From Candidatus Micrarchaeota archaeon (GTDB lineage Archaea; B1Sed10-29; JAJRYS01), in assembly GCA_964496415.1 (NCBI GenBank), contig CAZBZN010000010.1, positions 1 through 23,464 of the forward strand: a stretch of 23,464 nucleotides of DNA, in the 5' to 3' direction. The translations under genes were made by a program, and so were the position numbers. The notes beneath the pieces are model-generated. The model did no database searches. It had not been told where the DNA came from and saw only the letters and a program-made list of their open reading frames with translations. Of the stretch, positions 8,442-16,925 are shown one piece after another. The first letter of the stretch is position 1; each line of letters opens with the position of its first letter.

Positions 8442-9578
8442 TTATGATAGTTTTCTTAGGTTTTCAACGCTTTCCTTAATAGCTCTTTCAGTGTATTCTA
8501 TGTCTTCTTGTTTAGTGTGTCTTCCTATGGTTATTCTCAACGAACCATGGGCTTTTTCAGGAGGCAGTCCTACTGCTGTCAAAACATGCGACGGTTTAAG
8601 TTCATGAGAACTGCACGCACTTCCAGTGCTTGCAGCTACTCCTTTTTCATCTAAAAGCATTACTAATGCTTCTCCTTCTATGAAGTCAAACCCAAAATTA
8701 GCGTTGTTTGGAAGTCTTTTTTCAGCATGCCCATTCAACCAGGAATCAGGAATTTCAAGAACCTTTTTTATTAGCTCGTCTCTTAGTTTTTCTTCTCTTT
8801 TGCTTTCTTCTTCCATTTTTTCAAAGCTGATCTCAGCTGCCTTTGCAAGCCCTACTATTCCTGGAATGTTTTCAGTTGAGCTTCTAAGTCCTCTTTCATG
8901 ACCCCCTCCATGAAAAAGAGGAGTAATCTTTACTCCTTCACGCACGTAAAGAAAGCCTGCTCCTTTCGGACCGTAGATTTTATGACCTGATACGCTCATC
9001 AAGTCAACGAACTCTAAGTTTATTGGGATTTTTCCAAAAGACTGCACTGCATCAGTGTGGAAGTAAACTCCTTTCTCATGAGTGATTCTTGAAAGTTCCC
9101 TTAAGTCTTGAATCGTTCCTATTTCATTGTTTGCATGCATTATTGAAACAAGTATTGTGTCGTCTCTTATTGCTTTTTCAAGGTCTGTTGGGTCAACCAA
9201 CCCGTCTTTGTCAACAGGCAAGTAAGTTACTTCAAAACCTTGTGATTCAAGCCACTTGCATACGTTTAAAACTGCATGATGCTCAATACTTGAAGTAATT
9301 ATGTGTTTTCCTTTTTCTTTGTTAGCAAAAGCCACTCCTTTGATAGCAATATTGTTTGATTCTGTTCCTCCTGAAGTAAAACATATCTCCCCAGGTTCTA
9401 CTTTAATGAGTTCTGCTATTTTTTCTCTTGAGTCTTCTAGTGCTTTGCTTGCTTCCCTGCCCCATTCGTGAAGGGATGAGGCATTACCAAACTTCTGTGA
9501 AAAATAGGGTTTCATGGCTTCTAAGACTTCAGGGTCAACTGGTGTTGTAGCAGCATAATCTAAGTAAATTTTTTTCAT
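8442..9578 (-). CDS. iscS: Cysteine desulfurase, group I (NifS/IscS)
   Basis: YLDYAATTP, TSGGTESNN, HTDAVQ, PLP-lysine motif SGHKIYGPKG and catalytic STGSACSS. Confidence 0.96.
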   Translation of the reverse strand: MKKIYLDYAATTPVDPEVLEAMKPYFSQKFGNASSLHEWGREASKALEDSREKIAELIKVEPGEICFTSGGTESNNIAIKGVAFANKEKGKHIITSSIEHHAVLNVCKWLESQGFEVTYLPVDKDGLVDPTDLEKAIRDDTILVSIMHANNEIGTIQDLRELSRITHEKGVYFHTDAVQSFGKIPINLEFVDLMSVSGHKIYGPKGAGFLYVREGVKITPLFHGGGHERGLRSSTENIPGIVGLAKAAEISFEKMEEESKREEKLRDELIKKVLEIPDSWLNGHAEKRLPNNANFGFDFIEGEALVMLLDEKGVAASTGSACSSHELKPSHVLTAVGLPPEKAHGSLRITIGRHTKQEDIEYTERAIKESVENLRKLS

Positions 9579-9590
9579 CTCATCACCTTT

Positions 9591-9902
9591 TCAGTTACAC
9601 TTGTCATGGCTTCCTATCTTCTTGCATAATTCGCAGTAGTTTACTTTTTTACCTTTGATTATTTTTTCAGCAGCTGCTTTTATCACTCTTTTAGTGTTTG
9701 GTTTTTTCAGAAGTTCTTTTGCTTTTTTCCCTCTTGCTTGTTTTAAGTATCTTGATATTGCTGGTTGGGTTGTCCCAAGAACTTCTGCTATTTGTTTTTG
9801 AGTGTATTTTTTTGATAATTCTTTAGCTAACAAGGCTCTTATGCTTGGAAGTATTTCTTTTACAGCGATTTCGCAGTAAGCAGTAGTTATTCTTGGTTTC
9901 AT
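9591..9902 (-). CDS. Small XRE-like HTH transcriptional regulator with Cys-rich C-terminus (resembles COG2522)
   Basis: CE.AVK..LP.IR..LA.EL; HTH TQKQIAEVLGTTQPAISRYL...RG; C-terminal CELC-x5-H-x2-C. ATG 9902 follows a GTGA SD; the gene ends 12 bp upstream of iscS. Confidence 0.85.
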   Translation of the reverse strand: MKPRITTAYCEIAVKEILPSIRALLAKELSKKYTQKQIAEVLGTTQPAISRYLKQARGKKAKELLKKPNTKRVIKAAAEKIIKGKKVNYCELCKKIGSHDKCN

Positions 9903-9921
9903 TTCAATCACACAAAATAAT

Positions 9922-9958
9922 ATACCACTGGTATTATTATACCTATGATATTTTTAAA
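9922..9958 (-). promoter_or_regulatory. Promoter of the regulator-iscS operon with palindromic operator(s) ATACCA-N-TGGTAT
   Basis: Minus-strand TATA TTTAAAAA (9951-9958). Perfect ATACCACTGGTAT at 9922-9934 and a 2-mismatch copy ATACCTATGATAT at 9939-9951. Confidence 0.75.
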
Positions 9959-10032
9959 GGCTTTGGGTTTTGTTTAAAAGTTTAAAAACAAGACTTGAAT
10001 AATTAGTTTTAACAAGCACGTGGGCGAGTAAA

Positions 10033-12537
10033 GTGACCTATAAAGTGAAAGGACTTACTGAAGCTGAGGCAAAAAGAAGGCTAAGCGTTTATGGTAAAAA
10101 CGAAATTGTTGAAGAGAAAAAAGAAAGCACTTTGAAGATGTTTTTATCGCAGTTCACGTCTCCTATTATTCTTCTTTTGCTGTTTGCTGCAGTGCTTTCA
10201 GGCTTGACAGGTTATTTTAAAGGAGGAAATTACTTTGACAGCATGCTGATTGTTACCATAGTTTTTGCAGCTGGGATAGCTGGTTTTATTCAAGACTATA
10301 AGGCTGAAAAAACAGTTGAGGAGTTGAAGAAATTAGCTACTCCAAAAGCAAAAGTAATAAGAGAAGGTAAGGAAAAAGTGATTGATTCTACTGAAATCGT
10401 TCCAGGGGATATTGTTGTAGTTGAAGCTGGGGACGTGATTCCAGCTGACGGGGTGATTATTAAAGGTTTTCTTGAACTTGATGAGTCAATGATGACAGGA
10501 GAGTCAAAAGCAGTAAAGAAAAAAGTCAAAGATGAAGTTTTTTCAGGAGCAAGTGTTTATACAGGAGAAGCTTTGATAAAAGTAACTCTTACTGGAATGA
10601 ATACAAAGATGGGACAGCTTGCTTTGAAAATGCAGGAAATTAAAAGGGAAAGCACTCCTTTTCAAGAGGATATGAAAAAATTCACTAAAAAAATAGTAAG
10701 TTTTACTTTGATTGTAATTTTTATAACTTTCTTAGCTGGAGTTAGGAAATTTGGCTTTATAGAAGCATTACTAATAGCTGTCTCGCTAGCAGTAGCTGCT
10801 GTGCCTGAAGACCTGCCGGCAGTGATTACTATCGCGCTTTCTCTTGGAGCAAGAGAAATGGCAAAAGTAAAAGCTTTAGTTAGAAGGCTTGCTGTTGCTG
10901 AGTCAATTGGAAGAGTTGACGTGATATGTACTGACAAGACAGGGACTATAACAGAAGGAAAAATGAAAGTAATTGACAAATGGTTTTTAAGCAGTAAGAA
11001 AAGTTCTCAAACTCGTGAGAGTGAATTGTTTCTAAAAGTTTGTTATTATTGTAATGACGCTGAAAAAGTCATTAACCAATCAAAAGAGGAATGGGTTGGT
11101 GATGAGACAGACATTGCTTTGATGAGGTATGCTTTTGGAAAGATAAAACCTCTGGGAAAAAGAATTGATGAAGTTCCATTTGATTCTAAAAGGAAAATGA
11201 TGACAGTAGTGCATAAAATTGGCTCTGGGAAGTTTGTGTTTTCAAAAGGAGCTCCTGAAGTAATAATCAAGAAATGCTCTAAAGCAATAGTTGATGGGAA
11301 AATAGTAAAGCTGAACGACAAATTAAAGAAATCAATTATTTACAAGAACGATGAGTTATCTTCAAAAGGATTTAGAGTTTTGGCTTTGGCTTATAAAGAA
11401 CTTAAACGCAAGGAGGATTATGAGAAAAACCTGACATTCATAGGGTTAATAGTTTTGTCTGATCCTCTAAGGCCTGAAGTTCCAGAAGCAGTGGAAGAAT
11501 GCTACAAGGCAGGGATTAGGATAATAATGATAACAGGGGATAATCCAAAAACAGCTTTGGAAATCGCTAGAGAAGCAGGAATAATGACTGAAGGAGTAGT
11601 CATTGGTGAAGAAATAGAAAAAATGAATGATGAAGAACTAGAGAGTATCCTTTCAAAAGGAGTTAATGTTTTTGCTAGGACAAATCCTTTCCATAAGCTA
11701 CGGCTTCTTGAAATTTTGAAACGCAAAGGCCACATAGTAGCAATGACTGGGGATGGAGTCAATGATTCCCTTGCATTAAAAAAAGCAGACGTGGGAATAG
11801 CAATGGGAATAAAAGGAACTCAGGTTGCTAAAGAAGCAAGTGACATAATCTTATTAGATGATAACTTTTCAAGCATTAGAAATGCTGTAAAACAAGGAAG
11901 AAGAATCTTTGACAACATCAGAAAATTTGTTGATTATTTATTTACTTGTAATATTGCAGAAGTAACGGTGGTGTTGTTAGCAACTCTCTTCCTGCCTTTT
12001 ATATCACTTTATCCTGTGCAGATTCTTTGGATTAACCTGATAACCGACGGGCTTCCTGCCTTAGCTTTGTCAGTTGACCCACCGCGGCCTGATGTTATGA
12101 AAAGAAAGCCAAGAAAGAAAACAGAGGGAATAATAAACAAAAAACTTGCAATGCTGATCGCGGGAATAGGGGTTAAAAAATCATTAGTTGTATTAGGTAC
12201 TTTCTTAGCAGTGCTTCCATTAGGAATTGAAAAAGCAAGAACAACATTGTTTACTGCTTTCATAATGTACGAGTTCGTAAGGATAGCAGTGATAAGATAC
12301 AATGAAAAACTAACCTCATTAAAGGACTGGTTTGCAAACAAGTTCCTAATTTATTCTCTGGCAGCATCTTTTGGACTGCAACTGATGATATTATATTCTC
12401 CTCTTTCAAAATTCTTTAAAATAGTTCCTTTAGGAGTTTACGAGTGGGGAGTCCTGATAGCTGGAACAATAATAGGCTTTGCTCTTGGAATACTCATTGC
12501 AATGGCAGTTGATTATGTTTCAAAACAAGAATACTGA
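10033..12537 (+). CDS. Cation-transporting P-type ATPase, type IIA (Ca2+-ATPase-like)
   Basis: TGES, CTDKTGT, KGAPE, MITGD, TGDGVND, TM5 CNIAE and TM6 QILWINLITDGLPALAL. Confidence 0.94.
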   Translation: MTYKVKGLTEAEAKRRLSVYGKNEIVEEKKESTLKMFLSQFTSPIILLLLFAAVLSGLTGYFKGGNYFDSMLIVTIVFAAGIAGFIQDYKAEKTVEELKKLATPKAKVIREGKEKVIDSTEIVPGDIVVVEAGDVIPADGVIIKGFLELDESMMTGESKAVKKKVKDEVFSGASVYTGEALIKVTLTGMNTKMGQLALKMQEIKRESTPFQEDMKKFTKKIVSFTLIVIFITFLAGVRKFGFIEALLIAVSLAVAAVPEDLPAVITIALSLGAREMAKVKALVRRLAVAESIGRVDVICTDKTGTITEGKMKVIDKWFLSSKKSSQTRESELFLKVCYYCNDAEKVINQSKEEWVGDETDIALMRYAFGKIKPLGKRIDEVPFDSKRKMMTVVHKIGSGKFVFSKGAPEVIIKKCSKAIVDGKIVKLNDKLKKSIIYKNDELSSKGFRVLALAYKELKRKEDYEKNLTFIGLIVLSDPLRPEVPEAVEECYKAGIRIIMITGDNPKTALEIAREAGIMTEGVVIGEEIEKMNDEELESILSKGVNVFARTNPFHKLRLLEILKRKGHIVAMTGDGVNDSLALKKADVGIAMGIKGTQVAKEASDIILLDDNFSSIRNAVKQGRRIFDNIRKFVDYLFTCNIAEVTVVLLATLFLPFISLYPVQILWINLITDGLPALALSVDPPRPDVMKRKPRKKTEGIINKKLAMLIAGIGVKKSLVVLGTFLAVLPLGIEKARTTLFTAFIMYEFVRIAVIRYNEKLTSLKDWFANKFLIYSLAASFGLQLMILYSPLSKFFKIVPLGVYEWGVLIAGTIIGFALGILIAMAVDYVSKQEY

Positions 12538-12548
12538 GGTGAGTTAAG

Positions 12549-12737
12549 ATGAATAAAAAAATCATTGGAATAGGATTAGCTTTTGTAGTTTTGGGTTTTG
12601 TATTGGAAAGCATTAAGTTTGCTTTTGCTAAGACAAAAGCAGAGTTAAAAGCAACAGCAGTTTCTTTTGGAATACCTGATGCATTAATCGTTCTTGGATT
12701 ACTGTTAGTAATTGCCACATTTTTCATTAAAAAATAA
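12549..12737 (+). CDS. Small membrane protein with two hydrophobic segments (62 aa)
   Basis: Strong SD GAGGTGA (12536-12542) overlapping the ATPase stop; two hydrophobic stretches with basic ends. Confidence 0.7.
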   Translation: MNKKIIGIGLAFVVLGFVLESIKFAFAKTKAELKATAVSFGIPDALIVLGLLLVIATFFIKK

Positions 12738-12770
12738 GATGACTCTTTGTTCCTTGATCATTTTTTGGTA

Positions 12771-14210
12771 TTAGTTTGAACCATACTTGTATTTTTCATA
12801 CTTGGTGTTTTCGATAAGTTTGTCTGCTATTATGCATCCAGGGTCTGGTCCTAAAGGATCTCCTGTGTACGCGTACGCCCTTGCCCTGCATCCTCCGCAC
12901 ACATACTTGTAAGGACAATTGCTTGCAAAATGCTGCGAAGAATCCCTGTCTCTAAATTTATTAAACAGCTCATTATTTTTCCATACATTCACGAACCCGT
13001 CTCTAAGCACGTTTCCTACTTTGATTGGCATGAACACGCAAGGGTAAATATCTCCATTATGGTCTATTGCACAATAACACCTTCCAGCACCGCATCCTCC
13101 TACAAATTCAGCAAGAGCCAACGCATTTGCATAGTTCCCCTCTAAAGATATGTCTCCAAAATGAGCTAAAGAAACATGCTTTCCTTCTTTTTTCATTACT
13201 TTTTCCATGCTTATACGAGCATAAGTAGGGCTTGTTGAAAAAACTTTTAATCCTCCTTTTTCAAGTTCTGAGTACAAGTACTTCATTAGTTTTTCTCTTT
13301 CATCAGGGCTTAAGTCAAGTTCTTGGATTTGTTTTCCTCTTCCAACAGGAACAAAATTAAAGAACATCATCGTGCAGACGCCAACGTCTCTTGCAAGTTT
13401 TATCATTTCTGGAACTTTACTAACATTTTGACTTGTAACAGTGTAAGCTATTCCAGTGCACATTCCGGCGTTTTTAGCATTTTTTACTCCTTGCAATGCT
13501 TTCTTCCATGCTCCTTTTACTCCTCTAAAAGCATCATGTTCTTTAGCATTAGGAGAGTCAATGCTTACTTCAACATACTGTACTCCTGCTTCTTTCATTT
13601 TTTCAGCTATCTTAGGAGTAATGAGAGTTCCATTAGTAGCAACATTTACATAAATTCCTTTATCAGCAGCGTATTTAAATATTTCAAAAATGTCAGGAGT
13701 AAGCAAAGGCTCTCCTCCTGAAAAAGCAATTGAAACTACTCCTGCTTCTTCAAGCTGGTCTATTACTTTTTTCTTTTCTTCTGTTGAAAGTTCGTCAGGA
13801 GCGCCAGCAGGACTTGCATTAGCATAACAGTGCTTGCATTTTAAATTGCATTTTTTAGTCACATTCCATACCACGAGGAAAGGAGCAACAAGACGCTGCG
13901 GTTTAGTAACCCCATATTCTGCTATTGACCTAACAGTAGTGACAAGCCCCTTTCTATAATAAGGATTCTTAAATGTCTCTACAAATGTTTCTTTGCTTCC
14001 ACCAAAAGCCTTTACTCCTTTGTTAACAGCAAAGCCAACTATCTTTGAATTAATTAATTCTCCGATTCCATGCGGTTTTCTTTCCCCTACAACTATATCA
14101 AGAGCTTTTTCAAGCCTTTCTTTCTTAGCAAAATGCTTTAAAACAATCCTCGCAGCAGGGTTTTCAAACAATCTTTTAATATACACTCCAGCATTCTGAA
14201 GTTCAGGCAT
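12771..14210 (-). CDS. Radical SAM / SPASM domain protein (PqqE/NirJ/Ahb-like superfamily) with N-terminal extension
   Basis: WNVTKKCNLKCKHCY, FSGGEPL, ATNG, and SPASM CGAG...GDIYPC...C-x5-CGGCRARAY...DPGC. Confidence 0.93.
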   Translation of the reverse strand: MPELQNAGVYIKRLFENPAARIVLKHFAKKERLEKALDIVVGERKPHGIGELINSKIVGFAVNKGVKAFGGSKETFVETFKNPYYRKGLVTTVRSIAEYGVTKPQRLVAPFLVVWNVTKKCNLKCKHCYANASPAGAPDELSTEEKKKVIDQLEEAGVVSIAFSGGEPLLTPDIFEIFKYAADKGIYVNVATNGTLITPKIAEKMKEAGVQYVEVSIDSPNAKEHDAFRGVKGAWKKALQGVKNAKNAGMCTGIAYTVTSQNVSKVPEMIKLARDVGVCTMMFFNFVPVGRGKQIQELDLSPDEREKLMKYLYSELEKGGLKVFSTSPTYARISMEKVMKKEGKHVSLAHFGDISLEGNYANALALAEFVGGCGAGRCYCAIDHNGDIYPCVFMPIKVGNVLRDGFVNVWKNNELFNKFRDRDSSQHFASNCPYKYVCGGCRARAYAYTGDPLGPDPGCIIADKLIENTKYEKYKYGSN

Positions 14211-14274
14211 TTAACTCACTTCCTTTCAATTTATTTGCATTTCTATTAATTTATATTTTGGCGCCTCTTATAAC

Positions 14275-15315
14275 TTACTTTTTAAACAATGTCCCATGAT
14301 AAGTATGTATTGCTGTTTTTGTTAAAGTAACAAACCAAAAGATAGCTAAAAGCAAGTACAAGCTAAACCCAATATAGTCAATTAAAGTGATTTTGAATAA
14401 TGATGATAAATTATGACTTGCTGCTACATACGCGCCAAGAGGGAAAGTAAAAGCCCACCAGGACATGGCATAAGGAAGTTTTATTTTTCTTATGTAGTGT
14501 AAAGTCATTATAAGAGCCATTATAACCCACCATATTCCAAACCCCCAAAGCAAGAGCCCAAACACGAAAAAAGGTTCTTTTATAGTTATGAATGGCGAAT
14601 TTTTAACTAAGTTAATTAATGCTGTTGTTCCAACCCCAATTGGTCCAAGATTTATCCATATTGTTGGAGCAAGAATACTTGGCAGGGGATGATGAAGGAT
14701 GAACCTATATAATGATATTGCTAGTAAAGCTAAGTAAAGAAAGAATCCTGCACCCCATCCAAAATAATTTAAGAAAATAACAATTTCTTTGGTCACTCCT
14801 GAAAAGTAGGGTATGATTAAACTTCCTGAAGTTGGAATTACTATCAACCCTACAGGGGGTATGAACCACGCTGGGTTTATGTGTTCTAATTTAACATCCT
14901 CTTTTTTAAACATTAAGTAAGGTGTTATTATACTAAAACAAACAGTAAATATTGCTCCTATAAACCAAAAAATTTCTCCAGCTATGATATCTTTTTTGAT
15001 TATGATAAAATTAGTTGCTAAAACAAGAATTCCTATTGCTATAGTAGCATAAAAGTTTGAAAGTATAGGATGTTTTAAGTCAGCTAGTGCTTCTTTTTTA
15101 TAAAATATCCATCTAAGAGTCCAGGGTATTAATAAAATGAAAAACAGGAAGATATTGAAATAAAACAAAACATATGCTAAGTTTTTCAAAAAGCTGAAGT
15201 ATTGTGAATAAGCAAGGCTTGTTATAGCAAAGATTCCAGTACCCATAATAACTGCAAACCATGAGGGCGTGAAATTTTTGATAATCTGACACTTACACTC
15301 AATTTCCTCTAACAT
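14275..15315 (-). CDS. TDT/SLAC1 family anion transporter
   Basis: FTPSWFAVIMGTG, PAWFIPPV and WWAFTFPLG; many transmembrane segments. ATG 15315 follows GTGA (alternative start GTG 15324). Confidence 0.9.
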   Translation of the reverse strand: MLEEIECKCQIIKNFTPSWFAVIMGTGIFAITSLAYSQYFSFLKNLAYVLFYFNIFLFFILLIPWTLRWIFYKKEALADLKHPILSNFYATIAIGILVLATNFIIIKKDIIAGEIFWFIGAIFTVCFSIITPYLMFKKEDVKLEHINPAWFIPPVGLIVIPTSGSLIIPYFSGVTKEIVIFLNYFGWGAGFFLYLALLAISLYRFILHHPLPSILAPTIWINLGPIGVGTTALINLVKNSPFITIKEPFFVFGLLLWGFGIWWVIMALIMTLHYIRKIKLPYAMSWWAFTFPLGAYVAASHNLSSLFKITLIDYIGFSLYLLLAIFWFVTLTKTAIHTYHGTLFKK

Positions 15316-15378
15316 AGAAATCACATTAAAAATTAGATGAGAACATCATTTAAAGTTTTTGTTTTACACTTTAATACT

Positions 15379-16104
15379 TTATTCTAAGGCTTTTATCATT
15401 ATTATGAAGCTTATTCCTGCGAGGAATGCGAGCATGTTAAGCATTGACCTGCGCAGGTTTTTTTCTTTATGAAGCTCTGGAATCAAGTCAGAGGAAGCAA
15501 TGTATAAGAACCCTCCTGCTGCAAAGGGAATTAACGAGAAGAACCATGAAGCGTTCTTAAGTAGGAATCCTATTATTCCTCCAATAATGCAAGTTGTTTG
15601 TGACAAAAAGTTGAACTTAAGTGCTTTCTTTTTGGAAAAACCTGAGTAGACGAGTACTGCGAAGTCCCCTAGTTCTTGAGGGATTTCATGGCCAATGATT
15701 AAAAGGGTAGTGATTATTCCAAAAGGAACGCTTATTAAAAAACTAACTGCTATTATCAAGCCGTCTATGAAGTTATGCACTCCATCCCCTAATAGGATTA
15801 AGTAAGACACTGGATGAACTTCACATTTTGGTTCATGGCAATGATGCCAGTGAAGGATTCTTTCAATAAAAAAGAATAACACGAACCCAAAAATCATCAC
15901 TGCAAAAGAATAAAAAGAAGAAAAATGCTCAAGGCTTTCTGAAAGCAAGTGAAAGAACGCTCCTGCTAAGAGGCCGCCTGCGGAAAAAGCAACCAAAGCC
16001 ATCAGCAACTTTTCAAATACTCTTTTCTTCAAAAAGAGGGTAATAACTCCTATTAAAGCTACGAGACTGTCAATAATGGTTGCAAGCAGGATCCACGCGA
16101 GCAT
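15379..16104 (-). CDS. ZIP family metal transporter
   Basis: AFSAGGLL, His loop HWHHCHEPKCEVH, GDGVHNFIDG, HEIPQELGDF and DLIPELH. ATG 16104 follows GTGA. Confidence 0.93.
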   Translation of the reverse strand: MLAWILLATIIDSLVALIGVITLFLKKRVFEKLLMALVAFSAGGLLAGAFFHLLSESLEHFSSFYSFAVMIFGFVLFFFIERILHWHHCHEPKCEVHPVSYLILLGDGVHNFIDGLIIAVSFLISVPFGIITTLLIIGHEIPQELGDFAVLVYSGFSKKKALKFNFLSQTTCIIGGIIGFLLKNASWFFSLIPFAAGGFLYIASSDLIPELHKEKNLRRSMLNMLAFLAGISFIIMIKALE

Positions 16105-16116
16105 GATTTTCACTTT

Positions 16117-16135
16117 TTGCAATGATGCATTGTAA
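16117..16135. promoter_or_regulatory. Candidate palindromic operator upstream of the ZIP gene
   Basis: TTGCAATG ATG CATTGTAA (8-3-8, one mismatch), between a minus-strand TTAAGTAA box and the SD. Confidence 0.45.
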
Positions 16136-16214
16136 GATTACTTAACTTTACGTAAAAGGTATTAATAAATAATCTGAAAAAGTTAAAAGATAAAAGAGGG
16201 TTGGAAGTGATTGA

Positions 16215-16919
16215 ATGAGAAGGATTCTTGTCATGAGTGGAAAGGGAGGAGTTGGGAAAACAACAGTAGCTGTAAATCTTGCAGTAAAGCTTTCTGAAAA
16301 GTATAAGGTTGGCTTGCTTGATATTGACATTCATGGCCCTAATGTTCCTAAAATGCTTGGCTTAGAAGGAAAAACATTAGAAGAAAAAGATGGAAAGATA
16401 AAGCCAGTTAATTACAATAATAACCTTAAAGTAGTGTCCGTAGGCTTCATGCTTAAAGAACAGTCAATCCCTATAATCTGGAGAGGTCCTTTAAAACATA
16501 AGCTGGTGAGTCAGTTTCTTAATGATGTTGAATGGGGTGACTTGGATTACTTTATTGTTGACTTGCCTCCTGGAACAGGGGATGAAGTCATAAGCATCAC
16601 GCAGTTGATTACAAAACCAGCAGAAGCAGTAATAGTTTCAACACCACAAGAAGTAGCTTTGCTTGACGTGAGAAAAGCAATTAATTTCGCAAGACGGCTA
16701 GGACTTGAAATAGACGGAGTAATAGAAAACATGACCAGTGAAGTTTTTGGAACAGGTAATGTTGAAAAAGTTGCAGAAGAAGAAGGAATTCCTTTTCTTG
16801 GAAAAATACCTTTACATAAGAAAATATCACAGTCAGGTGACTCTGGAAAGCCTTTTGTTAATGACAAAGAATTCAAAGAATTTGCTGAAATAGTTGAGAA
16901 AATAGAAAAAATAAAATAG
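16215..16919 (+). CDS. mrp: Mrp/ApbC/NBP35-family P-loop ATPase lacking the CxxC motif
   Basis: SGKGGVGKT, DIDIHGPN, WRGP, WGDLD...DLPPGTGD, STPQ and ENM. Confidence 0.92.
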   Translation: MRRILVMSGKGGVGKTTVAVNLAVKLSEKYKVGLLDIDIHGPNVPKMLGLEGKTLEEKDGKIKPVNYNNNLKVVSVGFMLKEQSIPIIWRGPLKHKLVSQFLNDVEWGDLDYFIVDLPPGTGDEVISITQLITKPAEAVIVSTPQEVALLDVRKAINFARRLGLEIDGVIENMTSEVFGTGNVEKVAEEEGIPFLGKIPLHKKISQSGDSGKPFVNDKEFKEFAEIVEKIEKIK

Positions 16920-16925
16920 CAACTG

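Noticed and set aside
12549..12737. 62-aa ORF as a RiPP precursor for the radical SAM enzyme
   Set aside because: Opposite strand, coupled to the P-type ATPase, hydrophobic, and without a leader/core pattern.
15336..15349. Short dyad GATG-AGAA-CATC behind the TDT TATA box
   Set aside because: Only 4-bp arms and no second copy seen; compatible with chance.
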